From assembly GCA_963833985.1 (NCBI GenBank), contig CAWIAD010000001.1:1696001-1760000 (forward strand): DNA of 64,000 nt, written 5' to 3'. Made by a program: the position numbers and the translations under genes. This stretch comes from an uncultured Planctomycetaceae bacterium. GTDB lineage: Bacteria; Planctomycetota; Planctomycetia; Isosphaerales; Isosphaeraceae. This document shows positions 45,168 to 54,601 of this stretch, one piece after another; position 1 is the stretch's first letter, and every line of letters begins with the position of its first letter. The notes under the pieces were generated by a model. That model saw only the letters and a list, made by a program, of their open reading frames with translations, did not search any database and had not been told where the DNA came from.

Positions 45168-45370
45168 GCACAGACATAGTCAGCGCCCGCCCCCGAGGAT
45201 GACTCGGGCCTGGCCGCAGTGGTCAATGCATGGCCCGAGCTGCCCGAGGCGCTCAAGGCCGGCATCTTGGCGATGGTCAAGGCCGCGCGTTCCTGAGACA
45301 CCCCGCACGGGGTGGATCGGGCCGCGCCCCGGGAGGGGGTTTCAACCCTTGGCCCGATGGAGATTGACCG

Positions 45371-45673
45371 ATGCGGTATCGAATGAATGACGGAACGATC
45401 GTGGACACGGACAAGGCTTCCCGGACGTGGGAGGAAGACACTCGATGGAACGGCTCGAATCACATCTCTGTGAACACTGGAAGCCAGTGGGAACATGAGA
45501 CGCTTCACCGCTCCGCGAAAGGTCGGTACTGGAAGGAATACAAGTCTGCCTACCATCAAGGCCAAGGAACGGCCCAATTCCTCGAGCCCCCCCAGGCCAC
45601 CGCCTGGCTGATCGCCAATAACCACCCATTGCCGGATGACCTGAAGGCCCATGAAGGGGAGATCCTGGAATGA
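45371..45673 (+). CDS. Phage-like small hypothetical protein
   Basis: 100 aa, GGAG RBS, ETLHRSAKGRYW; ATGA-coupled to the next gene. Confidence 0.7.
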   Translation: MRYRMNDGTIVDTDKASRTWEEDTRWNGSNHISVNTGSQWEHETLHRSAKGRYWKEYKSAYHQGQGTAQFLEPPQATAWLIANNHPLPDDLKAHEGEILE

Positions 45674-45703
45674 ACGCCTACACTCTCGGGCGGATCGCCG
45701 CCG

Positions 45704-47425
45704 TCATCTCGCTGGACATCGAGGCGCTGACCCCGGGTTGCCTTGGCAACCTGGCCACCCTGCAAAGGAACCATCACGCCCCCAACAATGTTGCGAACTA
45801 CGTTGTTGGGGGCCTTTCTCAAAAGGGGACGGACTGACCCGATACACGATGCGGACCTCCTGCTCGTCGATCTCGACCTTCTTCACCAAGGCCCGAACCA
45901 CCTCCCGTCGCGTGGCCCAGTCCGGCTCTTGCAACCCTTGCGAGACGCGACGTGCGAACTCCTCCAACTGACCGATCACCAGTCGCAATTCCGCCTCTTG
46001 GGCGGCCTCGCCGATTCGTTGTCGATGCTCCTCCGCCAATCTCGAGAGGCGCGTCCTTGCCGCCGAGATCCGGGGCTCGAACTCCGATTTGTCGAGCAAC
46101 CCGTCGCCGTAAGCATCGATTAATCGAGAAATCATCTTTTTCACATTATTTATCAATTTGCCGAGATGCTCCACCTCCTGATTCGGCCCGCCCTGGGCAC
46201 CCTGCAGCCGCCGCTCGTACTCCTCCCGGACCCGCTCCGGCTCGGACAGGAGACCTCGTAAGTCCTCCCAGACGGCAGCGTCAAGGATATCGGTGCGGAT
46301 CTGCTTGTTCCAGCAGAGGCGCTGCCCGCCGAAACGATAGGCGTCAGAGCCCGTGCAACGGTAGTACGCGTAGCGGACCCTACCCTTGCCCTCGAACGCG
46401 GCTCGGCTCGTCGGCTTGCCGTAGCAGCCGTAGCCGCAGCGCTTGCAGACGACCAGGCCCTGGAGCAGATATCGGCCACCGCCGGGCCGGTCGCGACGGC
46501 GTTGCCGGTTCTCTTCAAGCTGGGCCTGGACAGCCAGGAAGAGGTCTTCGCTCACCAGCCCGGGGACTTCAATGAAGATTTGATCTTCCGAGGATGTATC
46601 AACCCGTGAGACCGGTCGCCGGGAGTGTTCGGGGCGGCCTCGCTGCGGGCGGAGGCGTTGAGGTTTGAACTCACCTGAGCGCGTCTTGCCGAAGGCCGCG
46701 GTCCCCTTGTAGGCAGGGTTCTTGAGGATCAACCAGACCGTCGCGCGATCCCAGGCCGATTTCCCGGTCCGCGTCGGGATACTGTCGCGCCGGAGGCGTC
46801 GGCACACCTCGCCGATCGAGCACCGTTCCTGACCCACCCATTCGAAGATCTTCCGCACGACCCGGGACTCTTCAGCGAGGACCTGATAACGCGCCTCGCC
46901 ACCTCCCTCGTGCTTGCCGATGTAACGGTAGCCGTACGGCGCGCCGCTGAGGACGTTGACCGAACCGCGGCGGGCGGCGTGTTGCTTGCCCCTGCGGCAA
47001 CGCTCCATGATCTTGGCGCGCTCGTATTCCGCGATCATTCCCTGGACCTGAAGCAGCAGGTCGGCTTCCGGACTGCGGCCGACGGGGTTGCGCAAGAAGA
47101 CGACCTCGACACCGCACCGGATAAGTTCCTCAAGGATCAAGACCTGATAGGCATACTTGCGTGAAAGTCGATCCGGATCGAGCATATAGAGGCGGTCGAT
47201 GGCTCCAGCGGCGGCTTGGTCCCGAAGTCGCTCGAGTGCCGGTCGGGCCAGGATGTAACCGCTGACGCCGTCGTCCACGAAGTGCAGTTCGGGCTCGCAT
47301 TCCAAGCCATCAGTGGCGATCCGCTGAGTGACCGCCTCGAGCTGGCTGGCGATCGTGTCCTCCTTCTCCTGCTGCTCCCCCGAAACCCGGGCGTAGAGCG
47401 CCACGCGGAGATTGTCCGTGATCAT
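45704..47425 (-). CDS. Large serine recombinase; the ORF runs through the element end
   Basis: ALYARVS, DRLSR, PYGY, LLQGLVVCKRCG...YYRC zinc ribbon. Confidence 0.92.
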   Translation of the reverse strand: MITDNLRVALYARVSGEQQEKEDTIASQLEAVTQRIATDGLECEPELHFVDDGVSGYILARPALERLRDQAAAGAIDRLYMLDPDRLSRKYAYQVLILEELIRCGVEVVFLRNPVGRSPEADLLLQVQGMIAEYERAKIMERCRRGKQHAARRGSVNVLSGAPYGYRYIGKHEGGGEARYQVLAEESRVVRKIFEWVGQERCSIGEVCRRLRRDSIPTRTGKSAWDRATVWLILKNPAYKGTAAFGKTRSGEFKPQRLRPQRGRPEHSRRPVSRVDTSSEDQIFIEVPGLVSEDLFLAVQAQLEENRQRRRDRPGGGRYLLQGLVVCKRCGYGCYGKPTSRAAFEGKGRVRYAYYRCTGSDAYRFGGQRLCWNKQIRTDILDAAVWEDLRGLLSEPERVREEYERRLQGAQGGPNQEVEHLGKLINNVKKMISRLIDAYGDGLLDKSEFEPRISAARTRLSRLAEEHRQRIGEAAQEAELRLVIGQLEEFARRVSQGLQEPDWATRREVVRALVKKVEIDEQEVRIVYRVSPSPFEKGPQQRSSQHCWGRDGSFAGWPGCQGNPGSAPRCPAR

Positions 47426-47789
47426 GGTTTGTCAAACCCCCCCGACCTTGGACTGGATAGTGTGGACCACAGTCGCGTGGTTGCGGCTGGGTCGCGGCCG
47501 ATCCAGGCGCTGCGAAACGACCGGGATCAAGACCTGATATGCACGCGCGATCAATTGCTCCTGAAGCCGAGTGAACTCGAAGTGGCGGGTGACAGGAGGA
47601 CTGAACGTGGGCCTCCGTGGGGACGTGATCATGTCGACTCCTCCTCTCCGAGAGCGCGGCCGCCAGCCTGCCTTGGATCGGGATCGAGTCGGGGCTGCCA
47701 TCCGTGCCCGTACTTCGGTCGAAGCCGCGATCTGGAAATGACAGAGTCAGGAATCAGGGACGATTTTGCAACATTGTTGGGGGCGTGAT
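45773..47789 (-). mobile_element. Minimal large-serine-recombinase mobile element
   Basis: Perfect 23-bp inverted repeat CATCACGCCCCCAACAATGTTGC (45772-45794 and 47768-47790); AT dinucleotide at both junctions. Confidence 0.85.
47432..47632 (-). CDS. Small accessory protein upstream of the recombinase (possible directionality factor)
   Basis: GAGGAG RBS; FEFTRLQEQLIARAYQVLIP; 6 bp from the recombinase start. Confidence 0.55.
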   Translation of the reverse strand: MITSPRRPTFSPPVTRHFEFTRLQEQLIARAYQVLIPVVSQRLDRPRPSRNHATVVHTIQSKVGGV

Positions 47790-48003
47790 GCCGCCGTCTT
47801 GCGGCATGTCTGGCCAAGAGCCAGGTTACTGCCCCGCGTTCAAGAGCTTGCGGCCGCACCTGGCGAGCTGGCCACCCCCGCGTCATCGGCCGATCAGTGT
47901 TCGTTCTGGCTTGGGTTCCATCACGAGAAGCATGAGAGGGGGGACCGACCATGACACCCGAACCCGCATCCCTGCTACGCATCGACATGAGACCCGTTCG
48001 GCC

Positions 48004-48715
48004 ATGACAACCTTCCGCCGTGTTCACGGCTGGCCCGCACACTACCGCGTCGGAGATGACGGTTCGCTCTGGTCATCCCGGCGCGGTGGAACCTGGCAAC
48101 GACTGAAGACCCCGCCCGCCAATGGACACCCCCGCGCCGTACTGACCGACCGTGCCGGCAAGACTCGCTACCTGTCCCTGGCCAAGCTGGTTTGCCGTGC
48201 GTTCCATGGCCCCCGGCCGATCGGCTGCGAAGTCTTGCATTACCCCGACCCCGACCCGGCGAACTGCCAGGCCGCGAACCTGCGGTGGGTGCCCATCGGC
48301 ACGTCGAAGGTTGGGAACGACCCCCTGCCTGGCCGCCACCCTGACCAGCAAGGGGAGCGAAACCCGAACCGCCGGCTCAATGCCGAGCTGGTCATCTGGG
48401 CGCGCCGAGTATGCCGATGGCCGCAGAACCCACGACCTGGCCGCCGAGCTGGGGGTGTCGGAGACGGCGATCCGCCTGGCCGTGCTTGGCCAGACCTGGG
48501 GACACATTCCGGGAGCCGCGAAGCGAGCCCCCAGACGGATCAGGGGAGGCGATGTCAACACGTCCAGGCTGATGGAACAGGAAGTCCTGGAGATCCGCCG
48601 CAAGCATGCCGCCGGCCGCTCGCAACGATCCCTGGCCCGAGAGTATAGCGTGACACAGACCACGATCCGGTTGATCGTCATCAGGAAGAACTGGGCTCAT
48701 CTGCCTGAGGAGTAA
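48004..48715 (+). CDS. NUMOD4/HNH endonuclease with tandem C-terminal HTH repeats (frameshift near 48410)
   Basis: YRVGDDGSLWS, LVCRAFHGPRP, H..PDP.N....NLRW, LAAELGVSETAI, LAREYSVTQTTI. Confidence 0.75.
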
Positions 48716-48996
48716 GGCCCCATCGGTGTTTTTACCCTAAATTGTCTGATTGATTTCCGTGCGCGTGGGACGCTGCGGTCCCACAAACTGGCCGTTTGGA
48801 AAACAACCCCCCTATGGGTGGGGTGGGGACGAACCGCCTGATACTTACTGTTTAACAGGCGAACCGCCCGGCCCTTACGCATCCGACTTCCCATAGGAAG
48901 TATCAATTCTGTCACGAAGCGCGCGGTTTCGGCTGCGGTCTGGAAGCTTCGACCGTTCGCGGAAAAACCACCCCCCAACGCCCTGGGAGCATCCGC

Positions 48997-49302
48997 ATGA
49001 ATCGCCACCGCCGGCCGCGAAAGCCGTTCGATTGGCTTGGAGAGCGAAAGCAACGGCGCGGAGCCTTGAACCTGATCCGCCAGGCGATCCGGGAGGGATG
49101 GCTTGATGGCCCCGAGCATGGCATCCGCCGCGACCAACTGGTGGCGAGCTTGAGCCGAATGCTCAACATCGAGCACATGCCGACGCCGGATGGGCTCAGC
49201 TTGTGCCGGACATTCCTGGCGATGGCTCGAAAAGAGCTGGAAAACGAGCTGGATTCACTCCGGATCGAGCACGATTCGCATCAATCCGACGCCGCCCCAT
49301 GA
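48997..49302 (+). CDS. Hypothetical protein
   Basis: 101-aa ORF with GGAG RBS; no family recognised. Confidence 0.45.
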   Translation: MNRHRRPRKPFDWLGERKQRRGALNLIRQAIREGWLDGPEHGIRRDQLVASLSRMLNIEHMPTPDGLSLCRTFLAMARKELENELDSLRIEHDSHQSDAAP

Positions 49303-49597
49303 CCCTTTCGGGTTCGCCCGGCGCAGGAGTGTGGGTTGCCCCCCCGTAGGTTGCCCCCCCGACCCCCCCTTGAGGGGTTCTTCTCCGAGCGATCGGGCCG
49401 ACACCCACGACGCAAGAGCCGCTTTCGGGTATCGGATGCGGCAATCGGGCCGCTCTCGGGACGGCGAACCGTCCCTATCTCAGTCTGCGCCATCGCCCAA
49501 CTGGCGCGGTAGGATGTTCCTGACCGGTTTGCTGCTAGCGCTCCGGCCCGCATGCGCAAGAAACCCACCCTTTCGGTTCCGGGAGGAGTGGGTTTCG

Positions 49598-49695
49598 CGT
49601 TTCTCGGCGTCCGCGCCCAACCTGTTGCCTGCCATGAACCCGACAAACCCGACACCTAAAAAGACCTCGTTTCTTGGCGTCCGCGCCCAACCTGT
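49598..49695. repeat. 28-bp direct repeat pair, 42-bp spacer
   Basis: CGTTTCT(C/T)GGCGTCCGCGCCCAACCTGT at 49598-49625 and 49668-49695. Confidence 0.85.
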
Positions 49696-49812
49696 CAATT
49701 ACCTGTTCTGAGGAGACTGGCCAGACGCCCGACGAATGACCGCGCCGGGATCGCAAACTACCAGGTAGGGAGTGTGATCCGTCTTTCCCCTACCACCGCC
49801 CCGGGCGCTGTC

Positions 49813-50771
49813 ATGTCAACCGAGCTGGTTCCCACGATCATCGAACCCAAGCCGCCGGCGCTCCCGGGTTTGGGAGACTTCCTGTCAGCGTTCCTGGCCG
49901 GGAGGAACCCGCGGACGCTCCGCGCCTATGCCGCCGATCTGGCCGACTTCGCCCGGTTCGTTCGCGTGCCCGAGGCATGGGCCGCCGTGGAGCTGCTACT
50001 CTCGAGGAATGCGGGACACGCGAACGCCCTGGCCCTGGCCTACAAGGCTGATCTCATGGGCCGCGAGTTGGCGGCCGCCACGATCGCCCGCCGGCTGGCC
50101 GCGCTCCGGTCGATGGTCAAGCTGGCCCGCCAGATCGGCCGCGTGACCTGGACGCTGGAAGTCGAAGGCCCCCGGTCGGAACCCTACCGCGACACGACCG
50201 GCCCGGGACTGGACGGCTGGCGCAAGATCCTGACCGCCGCGACCCTGGCCGCGCGATCGAGCCCCTTGGGACGCCGTGATCTGGCGATCTTGCGTCTGTT
50301 GCACGATCTTGGCTTGCGGCGCGGGGAAGCCGTGGCGCTCGACCTGGCCGACGTGGACTTGCCCACCTTCGCCGTCCAGATCGTCGGCAAAGGGAAGACC
50401 GAACCGGCCCGAGTGACCCTCAGTGGCCCGGCCCGCGCCGCCCTGGCCGACTGGATCGCAGCGAGGGGAGACGCCCCGGGACCGCTGTTCATCCGGCTCG
50501 ATCGCGCCGCCCCGGGGAGAGACCGCCTGACCGGGGACGCCGTGGCGCGACTGGTCAAGGCCCTCGGTCGCAAGGCCGGTCTTGCTCGGGAAGTCCGGCC
50601 GCACGGACTGAGGCATGAGGCGATAACCCGGGCATCGACCTGTGCGCTGGCGACGTGCGCCGCGTCCGTCACTTCTCGCGGCATGCCAAGATCGAGACTC
50701 TCCTTCGCTACGACGATAACCGCCGGGATGAGGCCGGCGCGATCGCCCGGTTGCTGGGAGAGGACAGTTGA
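49813..50771 (+). CDS. Xer-like tyrosine recombinase/resolvase (frameshift near 50635)
   Basis: TLRAY..DL, LGLRRGE, GKGK, PHGLRH; FSRHAKIETLLRYDDNR in the shifted frame. Confidence 0.85.
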
Positions 50772-50829
50772 TGCCGAGAAGACCGACCCGTTTTCCCGCC
50801 GTTTAAAGGGCAAACACACTGAGGATCTG

Positions 50830-51171
50830 ATGAGTGACTCACATCGCGACACGACCGGCCGTTTCACGAAAGGTGGCAAGGGTGGTCCGGGAAGGCCCCG
50901 CCGTGCTATCGAGACCGACTACCTGGCCAAGCTATCCGAGGCCGTTCCCCTATCGCTCTGGCAAGAGATAGTGGCCAAGGCGGTTGAGATGGCACTGGAG
51001 GGAGACCATGCCTCCCGCTCGTGGCTGGCCGGCTATCTGTGCGGCAAGCCCACGGGCGACGCGCTGCGCAACCTTGCCGCCGATGAAGAGGCAGGGATCG
51101 ACCCTTTGGCCGAACAGATCAGCCAGAAGGAACTGATAGCCGCCGTGCTCGGAGTGATAAAGGAAAGCTAG
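50830..51171 (+). CDS. DUF5681/terminase small subunit-like protein
   Basis: RDTTGRFTKGGKGGPGRP N-terminus, ALEGD, YLCGKP. Confidence 0.55.
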   Translation: MSDSHRDTTGRFTKGGKGGPGRPRRAIETDYLAKLSEAVPLSLWQEIVAKAVEMALEGDHASRSWLAGYLCGKPTGDALRNLAADEEAGIDPLAEQISQKELIAAVLGVIKES

Positions 51172-51216
51172 CGCCGTGAAAGAGCCATTATCAGGCGCTT
51201 CCGTCCGTCGCCCCAA

Positions 51217-51470
51217 TCAATCCCCGCCGTTGGGGTTCGGAGCGATCGACCCCGCCGGAACCGGAGTATCCATCTCGACCCCGAGCAAGAGGCCCACGTC
51301 GACGAGCTTCACGCACTCATCTTGGTCGGACCATCCGATCGTGCGGCCAGCGGGCAGCAGCCAGACCCATTCGGGATGAGGCACCGGCAAGCGTTCGCCG
51401 TTGGCGAGTATCAGGCTGAACGGCCGGAACGGCTCCGCGCCACAACCTCGCGAAGACTCTCAGCTTTCAT
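51217..51470 (-). CDS. Small hypothetical protein (frameshift near 51435)
   Basis: MKAESLREVV..EPFRPFSLILANGERLPVPHPEWV...; ATGA-coupled to the RHH gene. Confidence 0.55.
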
Positions 51471-51673
51471 TTCCCGCCCCCTTCCGCTTCCGCCCGGTCT
51501 CGCCTGACCCGTTGCAGGACCGCCATGCGGATATAGGCCGCGACGGAGAGACCGTTCAAGCGCGCGACTTCCCGCAAGGCCGTGTAGTCAACCTCGGGCA
51601 GTTCAAGCCGAGCATGTCGGATGACCGGCTTCGTCGCCGCCGGCTTGCTCGCTCGTGTCTTCTTCGCCGTCAT
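51467..51673 (-). CDS. Ribbon-helix-helix DNA-binding protein
   Basis: ARLELPEVDYTALREVARLNGLSVAAYIRMAV. Confidence 0.7.
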   Translation of the reverse strand: MTAKKTRASKPAATKPVIRHARLELPEVDYTALREVARLNGLSVAAYIRMAVLQRVRRDRAEAEGGGK

Positions 51674-51877
51674 GTTCGCCCCCGAGGAAAGAGAACCCAC
51701 TGCCTTTATACCGCTTGGGGACGATTCGTACCATCATCTGATCTTCCAATCAGGTAGGCGCGTTTCGTACACTAACGGGGAAAGCCGGGGAGTCATGACC
51801 CCGGCGACTGGCCCGAGGGTGGGCGCGACGACCCCTTAGCGTCGTGTCCCACCCGACGGCGCTAAGGGGATAAACCG

Positions 51878-53785
51878 ATGCCAGAAGATTCCAATGGCCG
51901 CCCCGCCGACGGGACAACCCAGAACGCGCCGCCAAGCGCTGCTTTCACCTCAGAGCTGTTGTCGCACCCGCTTGGAGCAAAAGGGACCCAAAGAGTCCAG
52001 TGCCCGAGCAACTTCTCTTCATCGCGATGGCCGTTGCTGAGCTGGCTGAAGTCTCGACTCTGGAAAGCAACGAAGACGACCCTGATCAGCAGGCCATAAT
52101 GCGACCGGGAATAGTAAAAGCCGCATACAAGCTCAAAGACTGCTTCGGTGCATTTGGGGACTCCGGGACTTCGCCCCCGTTGGCTGGCCCGAGAAGGTTC
52201 GTCACTTGCTGACTTATATTCACGATCGCTTCTTCATCATGTACGAGCGATTCGACGACTGGCACGAGACTTATGGCCGCCCGGACTTTCCGGATATCTA
52301 CTTCAGCTTGGTCAAACCCTTGCCAATGTACCGTGAGGAGGAGGGGGGCGCACCGAGGACCCGAGCCGCGCGGAACGCTTGTTGGAGTATGAGCGATCCA
52401 AGAGCGACATGAGGAAGCTGTACACGAGCGAGGCCGCAGACAAGATGTTTGCCCCCTTCGAAGACTGGGAAATGATGAACGAGATTCATGCCGCCGCCTC
52501 GCGTTTGGCGGGGTTGGTTTGGAGCGAATGCGCCCCGAGTTTCCTTCAGCCCGAAAATGCGATGCGTTTCGACCAGACCTCGGCCGATCTTTCCAAGCTT
52601 GATCCTTCGGGGAACGATCCCACCCGAATCGATCGATCGACCGATCAACCCAACGGCAAGGTTGCCAATGAGTCGATAGCCGACTCATCGGCAAGCCCGA
52701 TGGACCGGACGCCCTGTCCCTTGTTCGTCTTCGCTATCCTGCATGCCACTTCCAAGGCAGTCGAAACCACAAGGCGAATCCGGGAAGACGAAGACGAGGA
52801 ACGGGAGGATTCGAACGGCGCTCTGATGAATTGGCGCGAACTTGGTTGTTGGGTTTGGCGGCTGAATCAACTCTTTGACTCGATAGCGGACGATGGTGTC
52901 ATTCCGCTGACCGGGTGGTCGGATGATGTCACCAGCGCTCTGCTCGACCATTGCGAGAAGTTTGATGACGCCTTCAACGATGCGCACAGCATCGCCACCG
53001 TCCTTGGTGGCGATCTGGATGACATTCTCGACCATTGCGAAGGCAAGAAGGGGACGTTCCCCGAGGCCCATTTGGCCACGGTGCTTCGCCCGTTCCAGCG
53101 CACTTTCAAGCCAGCCCTGAACGACCGAGACGAGACACTGGCAACACTGACCAGAAACGCATGGGACGAGTGGATGCCCGGCCCCGGCGAAACTGATCCC
53201 GATGGCGAACGCCTGCTGGAGAAGCTGCTCAATGGCAGCCTACTCGCGGAGATGAAACGAGACGACGAATCCGCACTGAACGGCCGCGACCCCGAGGCCC
53301 TGGCCGAACTCCCCAATCTCGAGCCCTCTGAGAACGGAACGGCCGCGCCGAATGGCCAAGCCACCGCGACGATGCCTGCGACGAACGGCCGGACCCCCGA
53401 GGCCCCGGCCGAACTGCCCATGGACGCGACATCCGAGACGCCCCACCCTGGCCCGCCGGTTGAACTGAATGGCCCGGATGAGGAAGTGATCGTGTGCGGG
53501 ATAGCGGTAGGCCGATTACCCGACGCAGAGTATCGAGTGATCAGGGTACTGTTGGATGCTTACACCAAAGGGGAGCGACTCTCGGAAGCGACGCTAAGGA
53601 ACCGCACGAAGGATGCCCAAGGCAACAAGGTGGAAGATCCTGTGGGCGCTCTGAAGCGACTCCGCAAGAAGAAGAACACGCCCTGGCCCCACGCCATCGA
53701 GATGTCGGGCAGAACGCGCCGCGGTTACACTCTGAAGCCGCGACCCGATAAGCCACCCGATAAGCCACCCACCAAAACCCGATAA
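51878..53785 (+). CDS. Large acidic hypothetical protein with C-terminal winged HTH (several frameshifts 52000-52400)
   Basis: Chain of overlapping ORFs 51878, 52000, 52206 and 52379; RLPDAEYRVIRVLL...DPVGALKRLR...RRGYTL. Confidence 0.55.
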
Positions 53786-53789
53786 GCCA
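53744..53789 (+). repeat. Three direct repeats CCCGATAAGCCA
   Basis: Copies at 53744, 53756 and 53778, just upstream of the xis operon. Confidence 0.8.
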
Positions 53790-53862
53790 CCCTTCAAGAC
53801 CCATAGGGGGGTAATCGTATCGTGACCCCTGGCATGACAGACCATGCCGGGAGGAACCTACG

Positions 53863-54075
53863 ATGCCGCCAATCTTCTGCGATGCCCGCGACCTGGCCGA
53901 ACGGCTTTCCGTCCGCTACGACACCGTTCTGAGCTGGGTCCGCCGTGGCAAGATCCCCCACGTTCGGGACGGACGTGGCCGCTACCTGTTCAACCTGAAC
54001 ACGGTTCTGGAAGCGCTCCGCCAGAAGTCCCTGGACCCCCGGCCCGCGGCCGCCGTGAAGGATGGTGCACAATGA
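53863..54075 (+). CDS. Excisionase-like HTH protein
   Basis: DLAERLSVRYDTVLSWVRRGKIP...YLFN; GGAGG RBS. Confidence 0.8.
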   Translation: MPPIFCDARDLAERLSVRYDTVLSWVRRGKIPHVRDGRGRYLFNLNTVLEALRQKSLDPRPAAAVKDGAQ

Positions 54076-54293
54076 TGCCATCCCTCCGTTGCAGGCCCCG
54101 CCGCGCTGTCGTTCCGGACAAGATCGAGAACAACCCGATCTTCTGGTTCGGGCAAATGCTGTACGCCATCGACCATTGCGACTTCCGCCGCGCATTCGAG
54201 GCCCGATCCGAGCTTGACCGCCTCGGGTGGCGAGTCGATCGCAAGGCCCTGGACGCTCCCCAGACGGAGCGATGCGAAGGGGGTGTGCAATGA
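54072..54293 (+). CDS. Small hypothetical protein
   Basis: ATGA-coupled on both sides; RAFEARSELDRLGWRV. Confidence 0.6.
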   Translation: MMPSLRCRPRRAVVPDKIENNPIFWFGQMLYAIDHCDFRRAFEARSELDRLGWRVDRKALDAPQTERCEGGVQ

Positions 54294-54601
54294 CACGAGC
54301 CCCCCACCCGAGGCCCACCCCGGCTGATTCCGTCCCGATCCGCCTGAGTCGTTCTCCCGTCGCGCCGGAACCGCCCGAGGCTCCGCGCCCCGAGGCCGCT
54401 CCGAAACGAACGCTTCCCGTTGGTCTCGAAGCGCTGCTCTCGCTCGATGACCTGGCCGCGCTCCTGTCATGCTCGCGCCGGCTTGTCGAGCGCATGCGTT
54501 CCGCCGGCAAGGTTCCCAAGCCCGATATCAAGATCGGCAAGATGCCGCGCTGGAAGGCCGCCACGATTCGAGCCTGGATCGAGAGGGGAGGCCGCTTGTG
54601 A
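54290..54601 (+). CDS. AlpA/Xis-like HTH protein
   Basis: LLSLDDLAALLSCSRRLVERMRSAGKVPKPDIKIGKMPRW..TIRAWI. Confidence 0.8.
   Translation: MTRAPHPRPTPADSVPIRLSRSPVAPEPPEAPRPEAAPKRTLPVGLEALLSLDDLAALLSCSRRLVERMRSAGKVPKPDIKIGKMPRWKAATIRAWIERGGRL

Larger units (their letters stand above)
45670..47954 (+). pseudogene. 89-aa gene resembling the Cas8c C-terminus/Cas11c, interrupted by a serine recombinase element
   Basis: 45670-45774 plus 47790-47954 rejoin in frame: MNAYTLGRIAAVI...QRNHAAVLRHVW...LATPASSADQCSFWLGFHHEK; family resemblance judged by eye. Confidence 0.6.

Noticed and set aside
49598..49695. CRISPR array
   Set aside because: Only two repeats, no clear palindrome and no cas operon; kept only as a direct repeat
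49774..51171. 465-aa recombinase-TerS fusion from the ORF track
   Set aside because: Artefact of a frameshift near 50635; the catalytic His/Tyr tail is in another frame ending at 50771, and the second gene has its own start at 50830
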